Virus record (IMG/VR): IMGVR_UViG_3300043424_000354
Location: 1 to 64,000 of that record
Reading direction: 5' to 3' (one strand)
Length of the DNA: 64,000 nucleotides
From: a virus
Part shown: one piece after another, positions 45,731 to 54,450 of the stretch
Position numbering within the stretch: position 1 is the stretch's first letter
How the letters are laid out: each line of letters starts with the position of its first letter
The notes under the pieces: model-generated
Database searches by the model: none
The model's input: the letters and a program-made list of their open reading frames with translations, nothing else
What the model was told of the DNA's origin: nothing
Position numbers and translations under genes: made by a program

Positions 45731-47722
45731 TTACGCAGTTCTAATCCACAACTTAATTGTTGAAACTGTATCTTTAGTCGCTTGAATCGTCGCACCACTA
45801 TAATTACCAGTAAAGGTATTTATATACGAACCAGAATAGTTTCCGGTGTAAGTTCCGCCGCCTGCATAGTTACCACTGAAGTTGCCCGTGTAATTTGATG
45901 TTGTAGAGAAGGTTCCTTGATAGTTGCCAGAGTAGTTTGCTGGTCCTGTGAAGTACCCCGTATAGAAACCTCCTGGTCCAGAGAAATATCCAGTGTATGG
46001 AGTTGGAGGAACAAATCCGTTATAGTTTCCAGTGTATGATGTACCGTATGCTGGACCTTGGAACGAAACTGTTCCGGAATAATTACCAGCAAAGTTACTT
46101 ACGTATGTTCCGTTATATGTTCTTGAACCTGAATAATATGCTATACCAGTATATCCTGGACCTGTGCCAGCATAGTTGCCAGAATAGGTTCTGGATCCCG
46201 AGTAGGTTGCTGGTCCTACATAATTGCCAGTAAAAGTGCCTCCTGGCGAAGAGAAGGTGTTGGTATAAAATACAGGCAAGTATCCTATACCTGGAATAAA
46301 CTGCGTTTCCTGATATGAACCAGAATATGCTGGACCAGGACCAGTAAAGAATCCAGGACTATAGTAAACTGTCTGCAAACCACTATATGGATCAGGTATC
46401 TGATTTGAGAAATAATCAGTGTAATAATTAGTCCCCGAGTAATACCCTGTATAATAATCTGCCATAAAGGCACCAGTATATCCTGGTCCAGGAGCACCAC
46501 TATAATTACCTGTATATGTGGCAGTTCCTGCGTAACTACCAGCATAGTTTCTCGAACCAGAGTAATATGCTACACCAGAATATGTTGCTCCTGTTCCGGC
46601 ATAATTACCAGCATAGTTTCTTGAACCAGAGTAGTAAGATGCGTAATTACCAGTATATGATGGACCTGGACCACTAAAGAACGGCGAATAGAATGGGGAT
46701 CCAGTATAAGTGCCGGAATAACTGATCAGTGGACCTAGTGGTGCAGTATATGTTGTTCCAGTATAACTTACTGCATTAGTAAAGGTGTTTGAATACCCAG
46801 CAGTTCCAGCATAATTACCAGAAAAGTTACCTGTGTAATTTGAGGTTGTTGAAAAAGTGTTTGAATATGTTCCGCTGTAATTTACTACGCCACCATAGTT
46901 GCCGCTGTAGTTACCAGTGAAATTTCCGCTGTAGTTACCAGCATAATTCTGCGGAGAAACTTGCTCGCGAGTATCGGAAAACTCATTGCCCATCTGAACC
47001 CAAGTTCCACCAGAAGGTGCTGATGATTGTAATTTATAGGTTCCGATTCCGGTATCGATAATTCTATTACGGAAGTTCGGTAGCAGTTGTTCGATTTCAG
47101 ATTCTGTCATCTGCTTGCAGTTGCTGCCGTTGTAACTGCGCAACGGAGTATAATCTGAATTTGGAGAAGATGATGCTACTGTTTTTTGCCAGAGATATGT
47201 AACAGTGTTTCCGCCTTGCGCAGTATCTGTTAGCGTATATCTGGAAACCCAAGTTCCACCCGACGGAGCAGATGCCTGTAGTTTATATTGTCCAGCAGTA
47301 TAACTAGATTCGGCGACCATCGCCTCAATGCAGAGATCCAGCACGCCATCAATATCACCATCACTCATCTCTTCAAGATGAGAATCCCATGCGAGTGGTC
47401 TGTTGGTGATGCTTTCTGATGCCGCAGCAGTTACCTGCTTTGCGTAGTACGTGGTAGTTGTAGTATTTCCAGTCGCGGGATGCGTGCCAATCGATTCAGT
47501 TCTATTGGTATCAACAAAAGATCCGATTGAAGTCCCAGAACCCGAATTGTCTGTTGTGATGTTTATTTCAGCAGTACCTGTACCGTCAGTTACTGCTGCG
47601 AATTTTTCAGTGATAACATTGGCAATATAATTTTTTACCTCTGAATCGGTCATAGTCTGCAAACCGCTGATGTTTGCAGAAGTGATTGGGGACCCTGATG
47701 CTTTGACCTTTAGAGGATTCAT
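45731..47722 (-). CDS. Tyr/Gly tetrapeptide-repeat virion protein, paralog B
   Basis: N-terminal region highly similar to paralog A; about 385 aa repeat array; ends TVSTIKLWIRTA. Confidence 0.75.
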   Translation of the reverse strand: MNPLKVKASGSPITSANISGLQTMTDSEVKNYIANVITEKFAAVTDGTGTAEINITTDNSGSGTSIGSFVDTNRTESIGTHPATGNTTTTTYYAKQVTAAASESITNRPLAWDSHLEEMSDGDIDGVLDLCIEAMVAESSYTAGQYKLQASAPSGGTWVSRYTLTDTAQGGNTVTYLWQKTVASSSPNSDYTPLRSYNGSNCKQMTESEIEQLLPNFRNRIIDTGIGTYKLQSSAPSGGTWVQMGNEFSDTREQVSPQNYAGNYSGNFTGNYSGNYGGVVNYSGTYSNTFSTTSNYTGNFSGNYAGTAGYSNTFTNAVSYTGTTYTAPLGPLISYSGTYTGSPFYSPFFSGPGPSYTGNYASYYSGSRNYAGNYAGTGATYSGVAYYSGSRNYAGSYAGTATYTGNYSGAPGPGYTGAFMADYYTGYYSGTNYYTDYFSNQIPDPYSGLQTVYYSPGFFTGPGPAYSGSYQETQFIPGIGYLPVFYTNTFSSPGGTFTGNYVGPATYSGSRTYSGNYAGTGPGYTGIAYYSGSRTYNGTYVSNFAGNYSGTVSFQGPAYGTSYTGNYNGFVPPTPYTGYFSGPGGFYTGYFTGPANYSGNYQGTFSTTSNYTGNFSGNYAGGGTYTGNYSGSYINTFTGNYSGATIQATKDTVSTIKLWIRTA
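45793..46948 (-). repeat. Coding repeat array (xYxG) with Pro-containing insertions
   Basis: Translated sequence. Confidence 0.9.
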
Positions 47723-47724
47723 TA

Positions 47725-48207
47725 TTAATTCAGCCTGTTACCGCTTGAGTCATAAACAATGAGATTTGTTACGCGATACCAGTCTTGAGTATCCTGAGCA
47801 ACCAATTCTACCGATGAGTATGGTGCCAAATTCACACCAGCGTTGGTTGTTCCACCATCAATAACGTCTGAAGTATTTGGGTATACAACAATGGTAACTG
47901 CAGTTGTGTTAACAACTTTGATATTAATACCCGCAGCAGCAGTAGGTAACTTAACACCCTGCGCCGCACTGGCAGTTGTTACAATATTGACTGTCTTTGT
48001 TAGCGCAGTGGCATCACCTTGCGTAGATCCTGCTGCGGAAACTGTTCCTGACACCGAAGTGGTAAGAGTGCCTGTTAATGTCAAATCTGCAAAAGAAGGA
48101 CTGTCACCAGATTCATACTTGTCTGTATTCAAATTGCTGAAGTTGTCATCAACCTCAGTATTTGTCAGCGGAGTCCCCTTTACAGATCTAAGGGTAAGAG
48201 TGCTCAT
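47725..48207 (-). CDS. Virion structural protein
   Basis: KGTPLTNTEVDDNFSNLN fibre/baseplate-type N-terminus; C-terminal VYDSSGNRLN. Confidence 0.65.
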   Translation of the reverse strand: MSTLTLRSVKGTPLTNTEVDDNFSNLNTDKYESGDSPSFADLTLTGTLTTSVSGTVSAAGSTQGDATALTKTVNIVTTASAAQGVKLPTAAAGINIKVVNTTAVTIVVYPNTSDVIDGGTTNAGVNLAPYSSVELVAQDTQDWYRVTNLIVYDSSGNRLN

Positions 48208-48213
48208 GCTTTT

Positions 48214-48450
48214 TTATCCTTGTTTCTGTAGAATTTGTGTTAGTAAGTTTTTAATCTCAATCATCTCATTCTTAAGATTATTTATATCGTCGCCATACGA
48301 TTCAATCTGCATCATGTGTTTTTTACGCGCCTTATATGCTGCTAAGGCAGGGAGGTCATTCGAAAGTATTGCCTTCGAATGACTGTCCCGTTCGTATTTG
48401 TTTGTGTCTGTTAGTTTGATTTTAGTTGACATATTATACCTGCAACGCAA
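48214..48450 (-). CDS. Conserved hypothetical protein
   Basis: RDSHSKAIL...LKNEMIEIKNLL; follows the large structural protein. Confidence 0.6.
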   Translation of the reverse strand: MRCRYNMSTKIKLTDTNKYERDSHSKAILSNDLPALAAYKARKKHMMQIESYGDDINNLKNEMIEIKNLLTQILQKQG

Positions 48451-51400
48451 TCGCTCTTAGTTCTCTTACACGAGGAACAACAGAACTGTTTGACGAAAGA
48501 GGAACAACCTTTACAGCGAACGTCTTATATCCAGTGAAGTTTGCGCTTCCGACAGCATACTCAAAAACGTCGCTTCCGTTTTTATTCGCAGCAGGAATTG
48601 TATATTCATATTCTACAAATCCTGACTTCGAAGCACTATCAAGTGGCGAATTGGTTAGTTCCAATTGAATCCAGTCAAGATCATCAAAGTTTGAGGCATC
48701 AGTTGCATTCTGGAATTTACCGTAAACTGCAACATCACATTCAGACGGAATCTTGTTGCTCAGATATACCTTCAAATCTTCTGCATCTTGACCATCATCA
48801 AGCACAACTCGGCGAGAGATATACTTCGAAGCAGCAGAACCATTGTTACCATCTTCATTCGTAGTAAGATTGTTTACATCATTCGCAACTGCGATAATTG
48901 AACACTTTCTAGTATCAATAACTGGCGAAACAGTAGATGTTTGCGTTACCATACCTGCTCTTACTGTTAGGGATTTATCTCCACCAAGATCTGCTTGCTC
49001 GTTCGAATAGGAATATACCTGTGCTTCGTACGTCAATTCATGTTCTTGACCAAAGTTGAAACCTTCATGGACCGTTCCACCAGCACCAGCACCTGTTGCA
49101 GTTGGTGCAACTGACCAAGAAACTGTCGCAGGAGTATGATCAATAAACCCGATATTGGTTTCTAGAACGTTCAATTGCTTATTCTCGACTTCAGTGATTT
49201 CAGCGTATGTAGTTCCATTACCGACGATGTCTGTAGCAGTAAATGAACCCTTAGTGATCAACAACTTACCGACATTATAGAGAGTATCGTATTGCTTTAC
49301 GAAACCTGTATTGAGAACAACGGTAACTACAGCGCTGGATCCACCGCCACTAGAGATAGTGAGAGTTGGGTTGCTTGTATATCCTGCTCCTGGATCTGTA
49401 ACGACTACATCAGTAACCAGACCGCTCGCGATTGTTACATTAACTGTAGCATTGGTTGTTGCTCCACCCCCCGAGAGGGTATGTGCAATAGTTCCGTCTG
49501 TATAACCACTTCCTGGGTTTGAGATCGTGAACGTGAAACCGTGAACCGTATCACCTGCCGCAAAATTACCATCGGAGAACGAATCAAATTTCAAATAATC
49601 AACGTTCATGTTGCGCATCACAACTGACCCAACAGTATTAATTTCGAAGTCGGCACGACGAAGAGTAAACTTAATATCTTCTTTCTGCCATGCAGTCCAC
49701 GATCTGTTGTTTGCAGAGGTGAATAGAACGCCGACATGCGGTTGTTCTGAAATTCTGTTCTGTGTTCCCAGTTGGTTTTCGCCAAGTTCCGAAACCCAGA
49801 TATTGTAATCTGGATTGTTACCAGCAGGAAGCAGAACAAAGCAATATTCAGTATTGTTTTGCAGATATACTGGTGAAGGGAAGGTGAAGGTTGTTGCTGT
49901 TGCAGCAGTTTCGCTTACCGACACAGCAGAAGGATTCAATGTAACTTCGCCGAACGGAATTACCTTGTTACCAGGATAACCATTTACAACTTCGCGAATC
50001 TGTAGAGTGATTGGCGCTGTCGATGACTTCGTTCTGAAATAGATGTCAAGATTTGTTACATAGCAACCAAAAGGCATACCTTCAACATAGAAAGTTTGAG
50101 CGATTGGATCTCTACCACGCGCAGGTTGCGCACACGGATTGATCGTGTTACACCCTGCAGGAATTGTTATTGGACTGCTGCTGCCGCCGAATGTGACATC
50201 AAAACCACCCAATTCTAAATCAATTGTTGTCGCTTCCCAACATGTTTCAACTGGTGCGCATGGATCTGGTGTTGGTGTATCCACAACCACGACTTCGCGT
50301 GGAGGATCTACTACAGGATCTTCTGTAATAACTGGGGGATCTTGAACGATTTGCGTTACATTAGTATTGTTGATTACAGTGGTGTTAGTTACTGTGTTGT
50401 CAATGTTAGTAACGTTGTTAACAGTTGTGAACGTATTGTTAACTGTTCTTTCGATTACACCAACTTGCCTATCAGCAATTCTATTTTCAGTTCGTTCAGT
50501 TTCGAATATCGATCTAGAATCTGATGTTGATGACAATTCGACATTAGCAACTCTGGTCGAAACAACGGTATCTTGAACGTTTTGCGAAAGACCGTTTGCT
50601 GACCAAGTCTTAGTCGAAGCAGTGGTAATAAACGCATCGCGATTGAATTGGTCGTCGCAGAGACGGAAATTCTTATCGCCTGTTCTGAACGTTGCTGCTG
50701 GAATTCTAAATTGACCGACGCAAACACCCTGTGCATTAGTGATCAGTGGATCTCCATAATCACCATCAGCATATGTTGAATATCTAGCAGGGTCGTTTGG
50801 TTTCTGGTCTGTCGCTGGGTCAAAGTCTAGTGGACGACAATGTTCAGCAACTGCAACACCATCAAAGAATGGATAAACTCTGGTATTTGGTTTTAGTCTC
50901 TGCGCAATAAACGTAACGATTACAGAGCGCATGAACGGAATGATCGAAGTATTCGTTACTCGAGCGCCAGTTCTTTGTGTTTGTGTTTCAGGCGTAACCG
51001 ATAGCGACACACCCTGACGAGTTTGTCTTTGTTGGATTGTTGTTGTAACAACTTGTGTTTGCTGCTGTAATAGCAGGTCGCCGCTAAGAGTAGTGTTACC
51101 TGCAACAGTTTCTGAAGACTGACCAACTGCAGTTCTTCCAGTTACGACATCCTGCCAGTCACCCCATTGAGTTCCCCATGCATCTGATAGATTTTCCCAA
51201 GCATCATAATTGCCGTCGAAGTTTACGCTAACATCTGGTAGTTGTGCGGTATCCGTCCAGTTATCGACTGGTGGATCTAGTTCCATATTTCCGATGTAAT
51301 TGAATAGTAACTCACCGACGCAATTTCTTGGTTTGGAGGCAAATGCGTTCTTAGTCATCTCTACGTTGGTGTACGGTAGAGTGATCAGATCACCTGTCTT

Positions 51401-54400
51401 ATAGACATTGGTTGAACTATCCGAATCGTAACCAATATCAATATTTTCTAGATAGAAGAATGGACGCATCTCTTTCTTTGCAGCATCAATTGAGATATGA
51501 TAAGCAGAATCAAAGACGTTACCAACGTTGTGACCTGTGAAGGCATCAACGAGAATACCATTCTTGAAGCGATCGAGACCAGAACTGTCAGGGATAGAAA
51601 GATCGCTTGCTGCCTTTTCAAGCAGGGATAGCGAAGTATAATACTCAAGGCGATTGATACGTTGTTCCAGAACGCCGATATCGCGCATTGTGTAACGGCG
51701 ATTGTCGATAGCGCGGAATGTTACGCCGTAATCTGGACGATTAACGGTCTTGGCAACATTCGGTGCAAGCGATGGATATGGAGGAATATTAATGATTGCC
51801 AGCGACATCGCATTTTCTGGTTCTGCTGGTGTCAATGGTGTCAGGGAAGGAGTCCCGTAGATAGAACTGAAGATACCTTCAGAGTCAATTATAAGTCTGT
51901 CGGTTCTTCCAAGATAATATTCCAGATCAGTAATAAACTGTTCAGTTGGAACGGGATTCGTAATACCGACGGATGGTGCTGTGATAGTTGTGCTCTCGGT
52001 TGGATTTGTTGTAGCACTACCAACAGTCGTAGAGTTTGCAGCGGAATCCGAGTAACGAACACGGAAGTCTAGAGTGTCGCGAAGATCAAACGACTCACCA
52101 GTGATAGGTGAAGTATAAACAGGAATATCCTGAGTTTTAATTGTTGCAGCAGTAGCACCAGTATCATCAATTGGATACGAGTCAACTGTAAAGAATGTTC
52201 CATCCGCAGAGGAACCATCGTGCGTGAAGTAGTCTAACTTGATTACAAGTTTCTTGTTTGTAAGAGAAGGACCAGACGCTTTCTTGACGATCTTGGCATT
52301 ACGATATTCGTTATCTCGTTGACCCTTATCAAGAGTAAACGAAGAGGCAACATCATTTGCTGCAGCAACTACTGCCGAATCGGAATCAGTATGCGCGCCA
52401 ATGAAGATATTCTTAATTTGATAAACGTCAGAAAGACCAAGCGAATATGTTCCACCACTTGTTGATGGGTGAGTGTTGGTATTAATGATCACATAACGAT
52501 CTTCACGAAGAACCTTTAGAACAGGTTGAGCATTCGCTGATTGGACGTTCACATATAGTTTAACTTGCTTTGGAGCAGAAGTTACGCCACCAGTAAGATC
52601 AATTGTGATTGACTGTGATGAGTTCTTTGTGAATGTAGCGCCAGTAAGATCAAGCACTGAACCAATCGGTCTCGAAACTGAGTTGATTGTCGCCGCTTCT
52701 TTCATCATCATGGTAAAATTATTTTTGATGATTGTTGCAGTAAACGAATCATAAGGGAATGTTTCGTCGCCGCTCAGAGTAATGGTCACTTGACCGTTTG
52801 CGTTAAGTTCCCCATCGAATTCTTTGGTGTAAATAAACGAGTTATCGTAAACAGAACTCGGAGCAATAGTCTTTGTTGCTCTTGCTGGAAGTCTATATAG
52901 AGATCTGTTGAAACTTGTTTCTTGGAGAACAGCATTACCGCCTGTCAAAACTACGTCAGCATGACCATCAGCAGTTGCATCGTTGTAGTAAATACCACGA
53001 ACGTCTTTGAAATCGCCGCTTGACATTTGAATGTCATAGAGATATAATCTATATTCTGCCGCAGCAGCACCCGCAGTCCCAGACTCATAAACAATTTGTC
53101 TTACGCGAGCAGTACCGACTTCGGATCCTGGAGCAGATGTTGCAGAGAACGTTGTTGCAGTTATTGCTCCTGCTGCTGTTCCACGGAGACTTACACGATC
53201 GCCACCATTAAGGTCCCAGAGACCACAGAATTCGTCAACTAGAATATAGTTACCATACGCAGTGCTGATCGAGGATTCCTGAACGGAAACTGTTGTCAGA
53301 CCCTTTGGAACTACAACATATTCTGTTTGGAAAGTTTCATGTTCGAACCCGCGAACATATGCCTTACCTGCCTCGAGACCAATAGCAAGAAGATCTGCGT
53401 CGCCGCCACGTTCTGGGTCGGTAGAATTTAATTCTTTAAGACCGTTGTTTCCGTCTACGTTCAAGTGCTCTTTGATCAGAACAGGGAATTGTCTGACTGC
53501 ATAGTTGCCGGATTCATCATATGTGCGCCTTGCCATGTTCTTGCCAAGTTCGCCGTAGATGTTTGCGGTATATGTTCTTTGAATTTCACCGTTAACAATA
53601 TCAACAAGTTGGTTGAATGTTGCTGGTAGAGTTTCCCCTGTGTCATACTTGACAAGAGTTGTTGTTACTTTGTATCTGTCTGCGCCAGGAGCAGCATAGT
53701 TAAACGATCCCTGTGCTGGATCAAGTAATGTCTGGTCGTCTTCAGAAGAAACAGTAGTTTCTGATAGTTGAAATCCAACCTTTACAGAAGGAAGGTTTGA
53801 ATACTTGGAGAGAATGATTGTTTGCGCTTCGTGGTTTACGAACTTACCATCAATGTAAACAATACCGTCGTCGACAGTAAGAGCAGAAGCAAGACCCCAG
53901 TAACTGTTTGTTGGTTCTGCCTGATCATACGCAGAATCTACTACGAAAGTGTCACCATTTCGTCCGGAGACTGTAGAAGTAACGGTGAGTGTTTCGCCAC
54001 CAGTAAAGTGGACCGCAGTAGTTTCACCATCCCCGCTGGTGTAGCGAAGATAAAGAGTCTTCATATCTGGCGATTCTGCAGCAGTTCCTGTAGCAGTATC
54101 TAAAATGACAGCAGTGATACCAGAAGTGCCACCAGTTACAGTGTCACCAACATAGTCTGCAAGAGTAGTATTACTTACTGCTGCAGATCCTGCATCAGTA
54201 TCAAGGATTTTAACAAACGCTCTGGCAGAGTCGAGTTTAAACTCACAACCCTGTACTACAGAACCGTTCTTGAAGATATGGTCGCCGAATTTACCGATCT
54301 GAGATTGCAACAGAGTCTGCAGTTGCGTAAGTTCGCGTGCCTGAACAGCATATCCAGGTTTAAACAGGACTCGGTTGAAATTCTTTGCATCATCAAAATC

Positions 54401-54436
54401 ATCATAATATGGTGATACATTTAAATTCAGTGCCAT
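48434..54436 (-). CDS. Large virion structural protein (DUF4815 / VrlC-like), 2000 aa
   Basis: NVSPYYDDF, VLFKPGYAVQARELTQLQ, APGADR, RRYTMRDIG, DPIAQTF. Confidence 0.85.
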   Translation of the reverse strand: MALNLNVSPYYDDFDDAKNFNRVLFKPGYAVQARELTQLQTLLQSQIGKFGDHIFKNGSVVQGCEFKLDSARAFVKILDTDAGSAAVSNTTLADYVGDTVTGGTSGITAVILDTATGTAAESPDMKTLYLRYTSGDGETTAVHFTGGETLTVTSTVSGRNGDTFVVDSAYDQAEPTNSYWGLASALTVDDGIVYIDGKFVNHEAQTIILSKYSNLPSVKVGFQLSETTVSSEDDQTLLDPAQGSFNYAAPGADRYKVTTTLVKYDTGETLPATFNQLVDIVNGEIQRTYTANIYGELGKNMARRTYDESGNYAVRQFPVLIKEHLNVDGNNGLKELNSTDPERGGDADLLAIGLEAGKAYVRGFEHETFQTEYVVVPKGLTTVSVQESSISTAYGNYILVDEFCGLWDLNGGDRVSLRGTAAGAITATTFSATSAPGSEVGTARVRQIVYESGTAGAAAAEYRLYLYDIQMSSGDFKDVRGIYYNDATADGHADVVLTGGNAVLQETSFNRSLYRLPARATKTIAPSSVYDNSFIYTKEFDGELNANGQVTITLSGDETFPYDSFTATIIKNNFTMMMKEAATINSVSRPIGSVLDLTGATFTKNSSQSITIDLTGGVTSAPKQVKLYVNVQSANAQPVLKVLREDRYVIINTNTHPSTSGGTYSLGLSDVYQIKNIFIGAHTDSDSAVVAAANDVASSFTLDKGQRDNEYRNAKIVKKASGPSLTNKKLVIKLDYFTHDGSSADGTFFTVDSYPIDDTGATAATIKTQDIPVYTSPITGESFDLRDTLDFRVRYSDSAANSTTVGSATTNPTESTTITAPSVGITNPVPTEQFITDLEYYLGRTDRLIIDSEGIFSSIYGTPSLTPLTPAEPENAMSLAIINIPPYPSLAPNVAKTVNRPDYGVTFRAIDNRRYTMRDIGVLEQRINRLEYYTSLSLLEKAASDLSIPDSSGLDRFKNGILVDAFTGHNVGNVFDSAYHISIDAAKKEMRPFFYLENIDIGYDSDSSTNVYKTGDLITLPYTNVEMTKNAFASKPRNCVGELLFNYIGNMELDPPVDNWTDTAQLPDVSVNFDGNYDAWENLSDAWGTQWGDWQDVVTGRTAVGQSSETVAGNTTLSGDLLLQQQTQVVTTTIQQRQTRQGVSLSVTPETQTQRTGARVTNTSIIPFMRSVIVTFIAQRLKPNTRVYPFFDGVAVAEHCRPLDFDPATDQKPNDPARYSTYADGDYGDPLITNAQGVCVGQFRIPAATFRTGDKNFRLCDDQFNRDAFITTASTKTWSANGLSQNVQDTVVSTRVANVELSSTSDSRSIFETERTENRIADRQVGVIERTVNNTFTTVNNVTNIDNTVTNTTVINNTNVTQIVQDPPVITEDPVVDPPREVVVVDTPTPDPCAPVETCWEATTIDLELGGFDVTFGGSSSPITIPAGCNTINPCAQPARGRDPIAQTFYVEGMPFGCYVTNLDIYFRTKSSTAPITLQIREVVNGYPGNKVIPFGEVTLNPSAVSVSETAATATTFTFPSPVYLQNNTEYCFVLLPAGNNPDYNIWVSELGENQLGTQNRISEQPHVGVLFTSANNRSWTAWQKEDIKFTLRRADFEINTVGSVVMRNMNVDYLKFDSFSDGNFAAGDTVHGFTFTISNPGSGYTDGTIAHTLSGGGATTNATVNVTIASGLVTDVVVTDPGAGYTSNPTLTISSGGGSSAVVTVVLNTGFVKQYDTLYNVGKLLITKGSFTATDIVGNGTTYAEITEVENKQLNVLETNIGFIDHTPATVSWSVAPTATGAGAGGTVHEGFNFGQEHELTYEAQVYSYSNEQADLGGDKSLTVRAGMVTQTSTVSPVIDTRKCSIIAVANDVNNLTTNEDGNNGSAASKYISRRVVLDDGQDAEDLKVYLSNKIPSECDVAVYGKFQNATDASNFDDLDWIQLELTNSPLDSASKSGFVEYEYTIPAANKNGSDVFEYAVGSANFTGYKTFAVKVVPLSSNSSVVPRVRELRAIALQV

Positions 54437-54450
54437 ATTTTATTTCTCTC

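Noticed and set aside
44205-46948. CRISPR array, or ice-nucleation / collagen repeats
   Set aside because: The repeats are in-frame 12-bp coding units without unique spacers. The period is 4 aa, not the AGYGSTxT octamer or Gly-X-Y.
44144-47722. Diversity-generating retroelement (AAY-rich codons, Mtd_N-like domain nearby)
   Set aside because: There is no reverse transcriptase in the window and no template/variable repeat pair differing only at adenines was seen
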